Of a stretch of DNA of 64,000 nt, positions 40,001 through 51,562 are shown one piece after another. The DNA is taken from assembly GCA_905178155.1 (NCBI GenBank), contig CAJINV010000002.1, positions 2,698,226 through 2,762,225 of the forward strand, given 5' to 3'. Source of the DNA: Amoebophrya sp. A120. Taxonomy: Eukaryota; Protista; Dinoflagellata. A program made the translations under genes and the position numbers. Within the stretch, counting starts at the first letter, position 1. Every line of letters begins with the position of its first letter. Under the pieces are notes generated by a model. The model was given only the letters and a program-made list of their open reading frames with translations. It ran no database searches and had not been told where the DNA came from.

Positions 40001-43000
40001 AGCTCCGCGGGTGAAGAAACGCCAGCAGGAGGTAATATTCCCTTTCCCGCATCAACCCCCCTCACCAGCCTGGCAGACGAGGAGGGAGGTCATCACGATG
40101 CGACATTTGCACTATCAACTGTAAAAATGTCTGGGTCTGGAAGGTCGCCAGGTTTGTCATGCATATTTTGCATGACTCAGGATGTCTGTAATGCATGGTC
40201 TAGCATCGCATATTTTTAGAGGCCTTCCTGATGCCTATCTCGCATGACAAATGCCCTCCCCCCGTAGCACAAACTGGGCTCCCCTTGCTGGTCATGCAAT
40301 ACAGATTTTTTTAGCATCCGAAGTTAGCATCACAAGTTCCGATCTTCCAGACCCAGACATTTTTACATTTGATATGCACAGCCCATCAGCCAAACCAGCT
40401 CCGCGAGTTCGGCGGCTGTCCTTGCTAACATGCCCTACACTACGGACTGCAATCTGTCATGCGTGGCTCCCAAAACTTCTGGATTTGTGTTGCAAAGTTC
40501 CGAACTTGTACTTGACTATGGGGCGGGAACATTTTTACATATGATATCGTGAATCGCCAGGGTTTTCGGATCGCAGTTGGCAAGCCGGATGCGGTCTGGG
40601 GAAAGACTTTTAGTATGATCATCTCTTTTTGTCACGGAAACAACCGCAGCACCAGTCGTGGGCGGGTATTGCGGCGGGATTAGCAAGGTTTCGATGTCTG
40701 CCCGGCGTAACTTCCACTGCTTGACGGTACTGACTGGAATTGCGAATTCGTCGTCCTCTTCGTCTTGTTGTTGTTTTTCCGCAGGAGCTCCTGCTTCTCC
40801 GCTGTGCACCATCCCGTGCCTCAATGGGAAAACTGGTTTGTCGAATTCCGACTCTTCAGCAGCAGTGGCTGTCATCTTTACTACCCCATAGATCGGGTGT
40901 CGGTACTGTTTTTCAAACTGCTTGTTGACTTCTCTCTGTGCTAGCTCCGCTACTCGGTTCGCTTCCTGTTCCAGGTAGTCGTGATCTTTTTTGTCATGCA
41001 AACGCTCCGTAATTCCACTTGCAGCAGGCTGACCGTCTTCATCTTCACCCTCAACATCCCCCTCTTCCGCCGATGTTCTAGTTGAAAAGTGCTTGAAATA
41101 ACCCCGGTCAACGAAGTGAAAGCCCGTCCCGGTTTGAAAGTTCTTCGACAAATTCAACTGCTGTTTCCGCATCCGGCTTCTTTCTATAACCCGCTCAGAT
41201 GTTACAATCTCAAACGTTACAATAGAATCTGAGATTTGTGTTGCATGTTGAGCATGACAACCTCGCAGAGCGTTCCACTTTCTGCAATACAAATTTCGCC
41301 AGATTGTAGTGGGTTTTGGGGATTTGCACAGCCCATCAGCCAAACCAGCTCCGCGAGTTCGGATCGCCAAAATACTCAAACGGTGAAGCCCCCGCCCAGC
41401 AGAACCTCGACGAAAGACGAGTCTGTCGCCGTTTTGCAGGAATTTTTAACCCAGATCCTATCAAATGCAAAAGTGTCTGGGTCTGGAAGAGTGCATGTTT
41501 GTCATGCTTGTCTGGCATGACTCTTAAATCTGTCATGCACGTTACCCAAGAGCCCCAAATTGCTGTCATGCAGAAACGCAGTTTGTCATGCAGAATAGGC
41601 AACACCTAGAAGCTCAAAAGCTTGTCATGCTGAGCCAGCACTTGTGGCCTCTTCATGATACGCCACCCAGCATCACAAGTTTCCAGACATCCAGGGATTT
41701 TTACAATCCATAGATCCAGGACGAGGACAAAATCAAGAAAATCAAGGAGCAGCATATAACCCGCTCAGGTGTTACAATCTCAACTGTTACAATAGAATCT
41801 GGAAATCTGTGATGCAAGAACTGCATGATCTAGCCTACTCCCATAGGATTGCGCATGACAGGTTTCGGAGTCCCAAACCCACCTGAAATCCGGCAAAATT
41901 TGTATTGCGAAAAGCTCAATTCTCTCTGCGTTCCTCATGCTCTTCATGCAACACAAATTCCAGACTCTATTGGAACGTTTGAATACCACACAATTCTCAT
42001 ACGCAAGAACCACCCGAAAGATGAACTCGGGACTATGCATCCAGTATAAAAACATCCTCTCTTCCCGAGAAGAAGAAGTCACAAATAAACAAAACCTATG
42101 TATCAGGTTCCAAACCTCCAACCGGAGACAGTGCTAGCAGTAGCGGCACGACCAGTTCTAGCGGCGACAACATCATCAATACCACACCAAGCGGTCTTGC
42201 CTTGGATAAGAAAGCCCGTGCGTTACAGCGGCAAAACCCGGTGTTTCTGTCCAGTAAGTACCTCGCGCCTGTTTCGACGAGTAATGGTAAATCTGGAGGT
42301 GGCGGTTCCAGTGAGGATACAGCGAAGATGAAAATAATGGACGATAGAATCCCGGTGGATGAGTTAGTTTCGTTGAAACGAACCAACTCGATGGCAAACG
42401 GGTCATCTTCGGTGGAGTGTGCACAGCCCATCAGCCAAACCAGCTCCGCGAGTTCGGACGGTGGACCACACGACCTGCAGAACAATATGATCATCCCTGC
42501 TGACTCTATCCCAGGCAAGTATGTCTGGTTCTTGTCTGGAAACTTGTAAAAGTGCTGAGTTGTGAATAGTGAGTGCAGCTCTCCTCTAATGCACAGCCAA
42601 GCATGAGTAGAAATAGTGGCGCGGCTGAGTGTAATTGCGTTTTCCTCATGACTAACTGCGTCAGCAACTACAGGGTCACTTCTTGGACGCGCATCACAAA
42701 CTGTTTAGTCATGCCACACCAGCATGACAAACCTTGCATCCTGCCAGAACTACCCCAGACCTATTTGCATGGCATAGCCTCCGATAGCTCGATGCGAGGT
42801 GGATCGGAAAATGATATTAACACTAACAAATCTACTGAATACGAGCAGTACACCGTTCACCAGCAGCGCGTCGCGTCAAACTACATCGGCATCGGGGCGG
42901 ACGGGGCGGTGATCACCAATTTTCACGATTTATCGTATTTACAAACGTCCCCACCCAGTAGTTGTAATGCAAATCTGCATGCACTGCTGAATACGAGGAT

Positions 43001-46000
43001 GAGTAATGCAAATCTGCATGCTGCATGCAAATCTACTGAATACGAGGAGGGAGGTCATCACGATGCGACATTTGCACAGCCCATCAGCCAAACCAGCTCT
43101 GCGAGTTCGGACGGTGGATACCTGCAGAATAATGGTAAAACAAGGAATCAAGTTAAGTTCATGGAATCAAGTTAATTGGAATCAAGTTAAACCTGGAATC
43201 AGGTTATATGGAATCAAGTTAAACCTGGAGTCAAGTTATATGGAATCAAGTTACTCTCTGGAATCAAGTTGAATGGAATCAAGTAAACCGCCACAACTTC
43301 ACCCCCATCAATCCTTCGCCTCGCAATGCCTCGCCGACCTTGGAAGAATCTGCTGCTCTTTTTGTGCTTTGTGATGGGCATACCCTCGTGCCTAAAGTTC
43401 TCCTAACTGTTTTTCAAACGCGGCCACGTTTATCAAACATGTCTGGTTTTTCTTGCTCTGGTGGATAGAGACGTGGCGAATAATGTTAGAGCTAAGCTCC
43501 TTCGCGCGCCCGTCGTGTTTTGCGGCCCTCTTTCGAATGTTGTCGGGGCTTTCGCCTTCCGAAGTTCCCGGGATTCGTTCCATGTGTTTCTCCTTCCTTC
43601 GCAAGGTGTGTGTCTCTGGGGATTCCCTTTTCATTTCGCCGTCCCTCGGAAGATCCATCCGTCCCTCTCGGAGTTCCATGCCCGTTTCGCCTTCTCTCGG
43701 AAGAGTCATTGCTCTCGGGATTCCGCCTCCACTTCGCCTTCCTGGGGATGGTGTCAGTCTCGGGGGATTCCGTTTCGCCTTCCAGCGGAAGGTGTCTCAG
43801 GGGACTCCATTTCGCCCTCCTGTGGAAGGTGTCTCGGGGGGCTCCATTTCGCCTTCCTTGTCCTTCGGCAGGTCTTTCCGGGGATTCTATTTCGCCTCTT
43901 TCGGAAGGTGTCTTTGGGGATTGGCAGGGCTCTCCTCTCTGGGAGTTCCATCTTGTCTTCCCGATTTTCGGGGTTTCCGCCTGCGGCACTAAGGGGCCGA
44001 AGCTTTACCTCAGGCGTTTGGCGTTTGCCTTCGCCTTGGGGAGATCCGGGCTTTTTACCTTCGGAAGCGCCGAAGCTTTCACCTTCGGAGGCTTCGAAGC
44101 TTCTCTGGCTTCGGCAGCCCCGGGCGTCTCGCCTTCGGAAGCTCTGGCGGGTCTCTCCCCGGCGTAAGGTCCGCAGCTTGATTTCCTCTCGGGGGTGTCG
44201 GAGTTGTTTACTTCCTGGCCGGCGCGAAGCTTTCGCCACCGACTCCCGATTGAATGGCCCGAGCTTATTTACACCTCCTGCGCGACGGGGGCTTTTCGGG
44301 GTTTTTCTGTGCCCGTGCTCGCCGAGGCCTTTTGGATTCGGTTTCGGAGCGCGCAAATTTGCCGCTGTCCGGGGCTGCGCGTGTGTGCTTACAGCTTACT
44401 TTTGCGCTGGGGTCCCCGGGTTGGTTTTTTCTTTTGTGTCTCGGGGCCTCGTCACATCCACGCTCGCTCGCCCCGGGGGCCCGGAGCATGGCCCGTCGGA
44501 AGGCGGGCCACCCCGCCTTCGGTGAAGGTAGGCGAGGTGCCCGGATCATGCGGCTTTCCCTTCCGGGGGAGACCCAGGGCGTTGCCTTCTGTGAAGCCAG
44601 GAATTGCATTCCGCTGCCGGCAGGGCTACAATTTACTTCCGGGGGAGCAGATGCCTGCCGATCCGGAGGTACGTATCTATGAGAGCTCTTCGCGGTTGCG
44701 GAGGTAATGGGAACTGCGGGGAGCTTTTGACGGAAACGGGAAGCGGGACATGCAACGCCATTCCACGTACTAACGGGATTCCAGGGATCAACTTGATTCC
44801 ACGCAACGGGATTCCGGGACCCAACTTGATTCCAGTCAACTTGATTCCAGAACCCAACTTGATTCCCTTTAACTTGATTCCAGATACCAACTCGATTCCA
44901 ACAATTTGATCAACTTGATTCCTTGGACGTCCCATCAGCCCATCAGCCAAACCAGCTCCGCGAGTTCCGACGGTGGATACCTGCAGAATAATATCATCCC
45001 CGCTGACTCTATCCACTGCAAATATGTCATCTGGTTCTTGTCTGGAAACTTGTATAAAGTGCTGAGTTCGAGTTGTGAATAGTGAGTGCAGCTCTCCTCT
45101 AATGCACAGCCAAGCATGAGTAGAAATAGTGGCGCGGCTGAGTGTAATTGCGTTTTCCTCATGACCACTAACTGCGTCAGCAACAGGGTCGCTTCTTGGA
45201 CGCGCATCACAAACTGTGCAGTCATGCCACACAAGCATGACAACAAACCTTGCATCCTGCCAGAACTTCTACCCCAGACCTATTTGCAATGCATAGCCTC
45301 CGACAGCTCGATGCGAGGTGGAGCGGAAAATGATATCAACACTAACAAATCTACTATCACAGGAAAAAAGTGTTACAGTTACACATTTGCTGTAATTTCA
45401 GCATCACAAATTTGCTCTGCATGGCAAAGAAAACTTGTAATGCGCAGTAGACTATAAGGGAAAATACTAATGAATATGAAATGACGCTGGCAAGCGTTTC
45501 CTGCATGACAGAGGTTGTCTGTCTTGCTTGTCTTGCATGAGAGTGTGTAACTGTAACACTTTTTTCTCACGATATCTAGTGAATACGAGCAGTACACCGT
45601 TCACCAGCAGCGCGTCGCGTCAAACTACATCGGCATCGGGGCGGACGGGGCGGTGATCACCAATTTTCACGATTTATCGTATTTACAAACGTCCCCACCC
45701 AGTAGTTGTAATGCAAATCTGCATGCTGAAAATGTTTCTCATGCGTAGCCCCATGAGAAGCATTTTCGTTTTCCGGCCGTGTTTTGCCATTTGTCATGCT
45801 CCAATCAGCATGATGTGCTAGATCTGTGATGCTGCTGCGCTAGCTCAAACAGAACTACACTACGAATCCAAATTTGTCATGCAAGACAGCCAAAGCTTGT
45901 GGATTTGTCTAGCCGATTCGCCATCTTGGCTAGGGGGTGGGGCCGTTTTTGCATAGGATACGATTTCCGGGAAGAACTACCCGGATTTTTCGTATGGCAG

Positions 46001-48418
46001 AAGCTCAACGTCTGGTACTACATGGCGCTCGGGTTGATCGAAGTTATTCTGCGGTCGTGTAACGACTTGCCATATCAAATGTAAAAATGTCTGGGTCTGG
46101 AAGAATGCAGAAGTTTGTCATGCAGATTTTCCATGACCCATGAGGACTGTGATGCATGCCGTAGCATCAGAGACTCTGCGAGATCTTTCTGATGCTCATA
46201 CCGCATGAGAAACGCCGTCTCCGCGTCGCGCAAAGTGCACCTCTTATGCTGTTCATGCAATACAGATTTTATGTAGAGTCCAAACGTAGCATCACAAGTT
46301 CCAACTTTCCAGACCCAGACACTTTTGCAATACATATGCCGAAGCGAGTGAAGATCACGTGCGACAACCGCGAATACGTTTTGGAAGACGGAAACATCGA
46401 AGGGATTATATCAAAGTGAAAATAAAAGCCCCCACCCAATACTCACGAAGACAATTTGTGTTGCTGGATTTGTGTAGACAAAGGAACTTTTTATTGCAGC
46501 AAGTAGAGCTTGTCGGCATATAATTCTAGGGCCGTTTGGGTACTACGCATCGGGCTAGCAGCTGAGCATGAGAAACATGTCTGACATAGGCGAAAACGCA
46601 TGACAGACTTACTGCACAATGCGCCACATGGGTGCCATTTGCCTTGTACGCAAGACAAAGCTGATTTGTGCTCACAAATCAGCATCACAGATTTCCTTTT
46701 CGATATGGGGAGGGGGGATTTTTCCTCACGATGCCTCATCATTTCCAACATCGGTAGCTACGCGGGAGGGTCCCGTCTGTGGGACGGCACCGCTGATTTC
46801 CGGGAGATTTTGTTGGAAAACAACGAGTTGCTGGGCGCAAAATCATCTGCCGCACCGGATTTTTCCCCCCCGCAGAGCCGCATGACGAGCCGGGATAGCA
46901 GTCCGATCTCGGGCCCGATGGCGATCGGAAGCTCCCGACTGTTTGTCCGCAGTACGAAAGGTGAGGATCCGGATCCTGATTCGGAAGTAGGTGCTGGTGG
47001 TACTGTCGGGGGACCACTCTCGACAACAAGTAGTGACGACCATTATCGTGATCATATGAAGAACTTCTACCCTGGTCGTGCAGGCAGCAGTCCAGGCACG
47101 CAGACTGACTCGGACAACTCCCCATCTGGGTCGGTGGGCAAAAACAGATCCGGAACTTCTTCTACCTCTCCGACAAAGGAAGAACTTTCGTCCTGCTTTC
47201 AAAAAATAAGCCCCGGCGCGGATGAAAAGATATTGAACGAGGACTCTGTGCAAAAAACTACAAAAAGCAAGATGCCAGGAGCAGCTGCCAGACACGCGAC
47301 GAACACGGCAACCAGTTCCCCGACCTTCAGCGCAGCGAGCTCGATCCACAACCCGTCCAGCTTCCACGATAATTTACTCGACGTGGTCTTGATCCGGGGC
47401 GCAGAACACCTAGCGCTCATCTCGATTGGCATGGATCGGGCGATCCGGCTGTGTATCCTGTGCAAAAGTATCGTAATCGTACTAATTCCATTTATATGCA
47501 TATACAAATCCTCTAGTTCCCACAGGCAAATCCGCATTACAAATTCAATTTGTAGTATCCTGAGGCAATTTTTATTGCAATTACCACTAGTGCGATCAAC
47601 TTTTGCAATTCATACTGTGTCAGTGCAAAAAGATCGAAATCGACATCAATTCCACGAAGCCGATTCCCCTGCAAATCGACGGCGAACCGTGGTCGCAGCC
47701 GGGGATCAGTAAGATGACGATCGAGTTGAAACAACCGAGGCAGCATATTCTGAGTAAAAACATCCCCACCCCAGAGTTGTCATGCAAATCTGCATGCCAA
47801 AAAAGTTTCTCGTGCGGAGCCCTATGAGAAGCTTTTTCTAGTCGTGTTGTGGGGTTTGTGATGCTAGAAATAGCATGATGCGCTAGATCTGGAGCTAGCT
47901 CAACAGGATTACACTACGAGGCCAAAGTTGTCATGCGCAACAAGCAAAGCTTGTTGATTTGTCTAGCAGATTTCCCATCTTGACTCTGGTATGGGGACGC
48001 TTTTACTCAGGATACAGCAGGTGGTGATGCTGAAGAAGATCGAGCATGGGCTGGGCGAAAAGGCGTTCGTGAAAACTTTGCAGTCCGGGATAGAGAAGGG
48101 GGTTATCTTGCCGTGGCAAAGGGACGCGCTGCTGAAAGAAATGAGCCTTTGTTTGACCGCGGAGGAGGGCCGGGTCAGTTTTATGACAGTGCACAACCCC
48201 CCCTCCCCCTCATTTGTCATGCAAAATACCAAATCCAAGCGCTGCCCTGTGGTACTGTTTGCATGACAGATCATTCCGGAAGCCCAGACACTACTAGATT
48301 ACGCGCATGAACTTGTCATGCACAGCTACACATGTGTGGGTGTTTGTATTGCTGTTCATGCAATACAAATGAGGGGGAGGGGGAGTTGTGCACTTTCATA
48401 AGTTTGTTCCCGTATTGA
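34041..48418 (+). CDS. DGK: Diacylglycerol kinase (DAGK catalytic and accessory domains, N-terminal hydrophobic segments); one exon interrupted by the 40413-44935 insertion array
   Basis: Spliced motifs FVNPKSGG, CGGDGT, PLGTGNDLARVFGW, FLDRWQV, NYIGIGADG, FHDFREELP, IEGIIISNIGSYAGG, QIDGEPW; 21 introners plus GT-AG intron 39432-39596. Confidence 0.88.
34336..34551. mobile_element. Introner type J
   Basis: TIR ..aaaagtgttacagttacaca; DR gaaaa. Confidence 0.88.
35135..35440. mobile_element. Introner type H
   Basis: TIR tatggRagtgtcagRatcgaaatcgacaaaatcgaaaaa; DR cggtg. Confidence 0.92.
35600..35742. mobile_element. Introner type B
   Basis: DR gacgc/gaccc. Confidence 0.88.
35800..36052. mobile_element. 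Introner type A
   Basis: DR ctgca. Confidence 0.9.
36113..36270. mobile_element. Introner type B
   Basis: DR acctg. Confidence 0.9.
36325..36478. mobile_element. Introner type B
   Basis: DR agtgg/aatgg. Confidence 0.88.
37528..37677. mobile_element. Introner type B
   Basis: DR aacat. Confidence 0.88.
38207..38430. mobile_element. Introner type I
   Basis: TIR tatgaRagtgcaca..ctccccct; DR acggc/acggt. Confidence 0.88.
38503..38783. mobile_element. Introner type E
   Basis: DR ggctt/ggttt. Confidence 0.88.
38885..39099. mobile_element. Introner type D
   Basis: DR gacca. Confidence 0.9.
39146..39424. mobile_element. Introner type E
   Basis: TIR tatcctgagtaaaaacgtaccc; DR tggca. Confidence 0.9.
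39663..39982. mobile_element. Introner type C
   Basis: DR ccgtc. Confidence 0.88.
40113..40374. mobile_element. Introner type A
   Basis: DR tgcac; empty site at ~43073-43077. Confidence 0.92.
40547..41184 (-). pseudogene. Captured antisense exon of an unrelated gene, with half-introners on both sides
   Basis: ~210-codon open frame on the minus strand (RMRKQQLNLSKNF...TLAIHD) between half elements 40413-40546 (type E) and 41185-41321 (type G). Confidence 0.65.
41364..42419 (+). pseudogene. Diverged copy of two segments of the 26238-32691 gene
   Basis: ~41370-41754 matches ~31197-31322 (with an extra introner); ~41993-42419 matches ~31900-32330, including part of a GT-AG intron; joined by a truncated type G element. 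Confidence 0.85.
41459..41712. mobile_element. Introner type A in captured fragment
   Basis: DR gatcc; empty site gattc at 31281-31285. Confidence 0.92.
42420..42985 (+). pseudogene. Diverged partial duplicate of DGK segment 44936-45725
   Basis: Same exons and one shared introner, but lacks introner 45355-45574; truncated within the next introner. Confidence 0.85.
42507..42776. mobile_element. Introner type A (duplicate of 45010-45295)
   Basis: DR gactc/gcctc. Confidence 0.85.
43134..44935. mobile_element. 1.8-kb non-autonomous foldback-like element with inverted terminal repeat arrays
   Basis: ~9 GGAATCAAGTT units at 43144-43285; ~7-10 AACTTGATTCC units at 44753-44922; GC-rich interior with a ~33-bp minisatellite. 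Confidence 0.75.
45010..45295. mobile_element. Introner type A (degenerate)
   Basis: DR gactc/gcctc. Confidence 0.85.
45355..45574. mobile_element. Introner type J
   Basis: DR tctac/tctag; empty site at 42831-42835. Confidence 0.9.
45675..45960. mobile_element. Introner type E
   Basis: DR cgatt; splits FHDFREE. Confidence 0.88.
46073..46336. mobile_element. Introner type A
   Basis: DR tgcca/tgccg. Confidence 0.9.
46409..46733. mobile_element. Introner type C (degenerate)
   Basis: DR eroded gatta/cctca; ends ATG; frame restored. Confidence 0.8.
47454..47614. mobile_element. Introner type B
   Basis: DR ctgtg. Confidence 0.88.
47746..48014. mobile_element. Introner type E
   Basis: DR cagca. 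Confidence 0.9.
48182..48400. mobile_element. Introner type I
   Basis: DR agttt. Confidence 0.9.
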
Positions 48419-49872
48419 TTAAAGCAGAAGGAAACGTCGCAAGAACTGATGTTATTATACACGTCAAGAAGTAGAAGAAGAAGAACAAGTACAAAAAGTA
48501 GCTACTTCACTGTATGATTGTATTAGCAAAAACAACTACAACGACGAGGAGGGACGACACGACATGTCGCAGCGAAAGTAGACATAGAGCAAAATGCACA
48601 CGACTCAAGTTGTAAACCACTTGATTAAACTACTGCTTTTTCTTTTCACTTCTACCCCTAGCGGAGGTGGTCCACGTGCAAAGTTTTTCCCCCAAGGAAC
48701 CGGTATTTAATCATAATGAACAACACAAACCTCGTCTTTGAGTTTGATCTACAGCGTCGACTTCTCCCCACGACGCATGGAAGAAGCTCTTCTGATGTGC
48801 CCAGGCCAAATGTCATCGGATTACAATGCCCTTACAACTTGAACTTCTGTTGTGCGGGCACCAGCCAACTTTATAATTCGCAGCCGGTTGTTGCATGTTT
48901 AGCTGGGTTGGCATGCGAATAGTACTGGTGTTCGAGATAGCTTTCCGTGTTCCTTCAATATCGTAAACAAGTACTACTTCTACTGATGTTCTTTCTCACG
49001 ATTTGGATTCATAACGACCCCATCGTTGACGATACGTAGTACACCACTAGAAAGGCTTGATCAATATTAAAGCGTATTCTGATCTCTACTTCATCGTGCT
49101 CTTGGTGTGTAACTAGCTAGGGCTGCTGCCGTTCTGACAGTCGTGGTCTTCTCTGATATCAGAATCGTTTTTATCTCACAACTTTATGCCGCCCGTCGTC
49201 GTCCTCGTCCTTGAAAATCAAATCTAGCCCCCCGATCGTGGTCGTGCGCTCTGTTTGTCGAGCGGTTCATGGACTGTCACTCCGATTTTTGATCTCGTAC
49301 TATCAATCAATATGTCGTCTTTGTTCGTGCCAGCAGTCGTCAAAGATACAACCGTCTTTGGGTCGCGTGATTTCATGATGGTAAATACTTAAATGTAGTA
49401 CTATAAGAACATCGTGCAAAGGCAAAGGGAGGCGCCGGCTGTAGTGGTCCTGGTTCCAAAGTTTCTTTTTCTGTCGTTCGAAAGTTTCTTTCTTTGTCGT
49501 GGTCGTAACAAATGTCATGCCGTGGTCGTAACGAACGTCACCGCATTATCCATTGTCACCAAGTCCAAACCCAACACACAGGAAATCAGTCGCATTGCAA
49601 AACTCCTTGCGTTTTTTGCACTGTAAGAAAGAATAAGAACAGCAGCTGCGCCTCCAACTTCCTTCTGGAGCCAAGTTTTTTTTCGTAAGTAAGTACTTCT
49701 TTTGCAGAAGCCACTGCTAGTACAAAGAACAAAGTCTCAGACAGCGGACTTACAAGAGGGACAAAGCAAGACGAAAATGACGGATCTTTTCGTGCACCAG
49801 GAAGACGTGAAAGCCGGGGTTGAAATCGGCGCTGCTGTGGGCGGTGAAAAGCAGATCATGATGGACGAGCCG

Positions 49873-49902
49873 TCCATCCATCCATCCATCCATCCATCCA
49901 TC
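49873..49902. repeat. (CCAT)n microsatellite
   Basis: About 7 units. Confidence 0.9.
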
Positions 49903-50516
49903 GACACGGCCGATGTTGTTTCGATGTCGACGAAGGCTGGTGGTGCCAACGCGGGTCAGGCTGATGGGGATTCGCATCTTCCGGTGCCCAGAGTTTCGCC
50001 GTCCCAGGAGGCGGAGGACATGAGCTTGTACCTTTTTTTTCCAGGAATTATTCTTTCTTTTTCAAAAGTTAAAGTTGTGACTTGAGGCCTTGGAATTCTC
50101 TCCACGGTCATTTGGAAGTTGCCATTGGTAGACAGGGTTCGATCATAAAAGCGAATCATTTTAGATGATGATGATGATGATGATTGCAACGAAGCGCAAC
50201 TTTGAAGAAAAGATAATTAAATGACCGAGAAAAAATACTAATTCCAGCTCGTCTGCGAAGCAGCAGGACGCGCAGCGTGTGGTCGATCCGGTGGCCGGAG
50301 TTTTGCCGTCTGGCGGAGCGGCAGCCATGGGCGTGTATTTCACTTTTTCTCCTGTGGGTTGGTTGATTTTCCTTCTGGAATGTTTTCGCAAATAACAACA
50401 AGGCGTCTGGTTTTGTTATGACAGAGACAGTGACACACCCATGGCGGATTTTTCCAAAGAATGAAAAAAAATCATAAATTCCAGTTCGTTCGCGAAGCCG
50501 GAGGAAGCGCAGCGCG

Positions 50517-51145
50517 TGGTCGACTCGGTGGCCGGAGGTTCGACGTGCAAAGGATCGGAGGCGATGAGCTTGTACATTGTTTTTTCAGAGTTCTGGGTAA
50601 AGTGCGCGACGTTTTTTACCTTCTTTCGCTATCTTCAAAAATAAAAATTAGTATCCGGTTTAGCTGCTACTGCCACACGATAATACTCGTTCTTACTGGT
50701 GCCTTGGATGCAAACTGTTCATCAAGAAGATATCTCCTTAGCCGTGCCACACGGTCGTGAATGAAAGACGATAAAAATCGGAAAAAAAATCCCCTGCAGG
50801 TTGTGCGCGAAGCAGCAGGAGTCGCAGCGTTTGGTGAATGTCGTTGCGTACGGGACCATGTCGCCTCACCTCGCTGACGCCAAGCACCACCCGGGGAGAA
50901 AGACTCCGGCCGCCGTCGAGATGACCTCCAAGGACTCTGGCACAACCGCCGCGATTAAAATGTTCTTGCGCCAGTTTCTCTTCCGCGTCTTGTTCTTCGT
51001 CGTGGTGACCGCCACTGCCGGGGTGGGTTTACGGGTGTTGTTTCTGGCGTCGGCTGGCGAGGGGGCCAGTTCTTGGACGGCGTTCTTTCGTCCGTTGGGT
51101 GCGGGGGCTGGTGGCGCGGACGGAGCGAGCGGAGCGTCCTCCTTC
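50517..51145. repeat. Duplicated upstream-plus-leader cassette (second copy ~54098-54711)
   Basis: High colinear similarity ending abruptly at tccttc (codons SSF). Confidence 0.85.
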
Positions 51146-51562
51146 GTGCAAGCTCGAAGACTTGGTGACCCTGAACTCTCCCAGTGGGACATGTGGGCCA
51201 AGGATGATATGAAGGTCGCGTGTGCATATGTAGAGTTGATGGGAAGCGGTGCTACTCCTAACGACGTTAAAAAGGAGGCAGATTGTAAGCGCTGCTACCA
51301 AATCGACCTGGACAACAGGATCGCTGCTCGGGGCAGCATGCTGAACCAGCCGAACGAGCCTCTGAGAGACCAATGCATCGGGGGCGAATGCGTGTTGATT
51401 CTAGAGCACAAGTATGCGATGGGGCCGAATGGACCATGGTATGATCGCTGTGTCTATTTCTCGAAAGAACAAGAAGATGAAATGGTCATACAAGTCACTC
51501 AGAAGCGAGCGGAGGAGAACAAGCAGTCCACCACGACCACGGCTCCTAGTAATATTTTTTGA
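50858..51562 (+). CDS. Signal-anchor/secreted protein with Cys-containing C-terminal domain (paralogue 1, intronless)
   Basis: ORF with hydrophobic stretch FLFRVLFFVVVTATAGVGLRVLFL; N-terminal ~95 aa homologous to the gene at 54426; 6 Cys in C-terminal part. Confidence 0.65.
   Translation: MSPHLADAKHHPGRKTPAAVEMTSKDSGTTAAIKMFLRQFLFRVLFFVVVTATAGVGLRVLFLASAGEGASSWTAFFRPLGAGAGGADGASGASSFVQARRLGDPELSQWDMWAKDDMKVACAYVELMGSGATPNDVKKEADCKRCYQIDLDNRIAARGSMLNQPNEPLRDQCIGGECVLILEHKYAMGPNGPWYDRCVYFSKEQEDEMVIQVTQKRAEENKQSTTTTAPSNIF

Larger units (their letters stand above)
40375..44992 (+). repeat. Array of five copies of a DGK exon segment separated by captured DNA
   Basis: Core cagcccatcagccaaaccagctcYgcgagttcSg at 40375-40412, 41322-41363, 42420-42465, 43042-43133, 44936-44992. 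Confidence 0.9.

Noticed and set aside
43392-44707. Transposase ORF in the 1.8-kb element
   Set aside because: ORFs derive from GC-rich minisatellite sequence; no DDE or tyrosine-recombinase motif visible
40375-44992. True CRISPR array
   Set aside because: The repeat is host coding sequence of variable length, spacers are 0.6-1.8 kb, no cas genes, eukaryotic context
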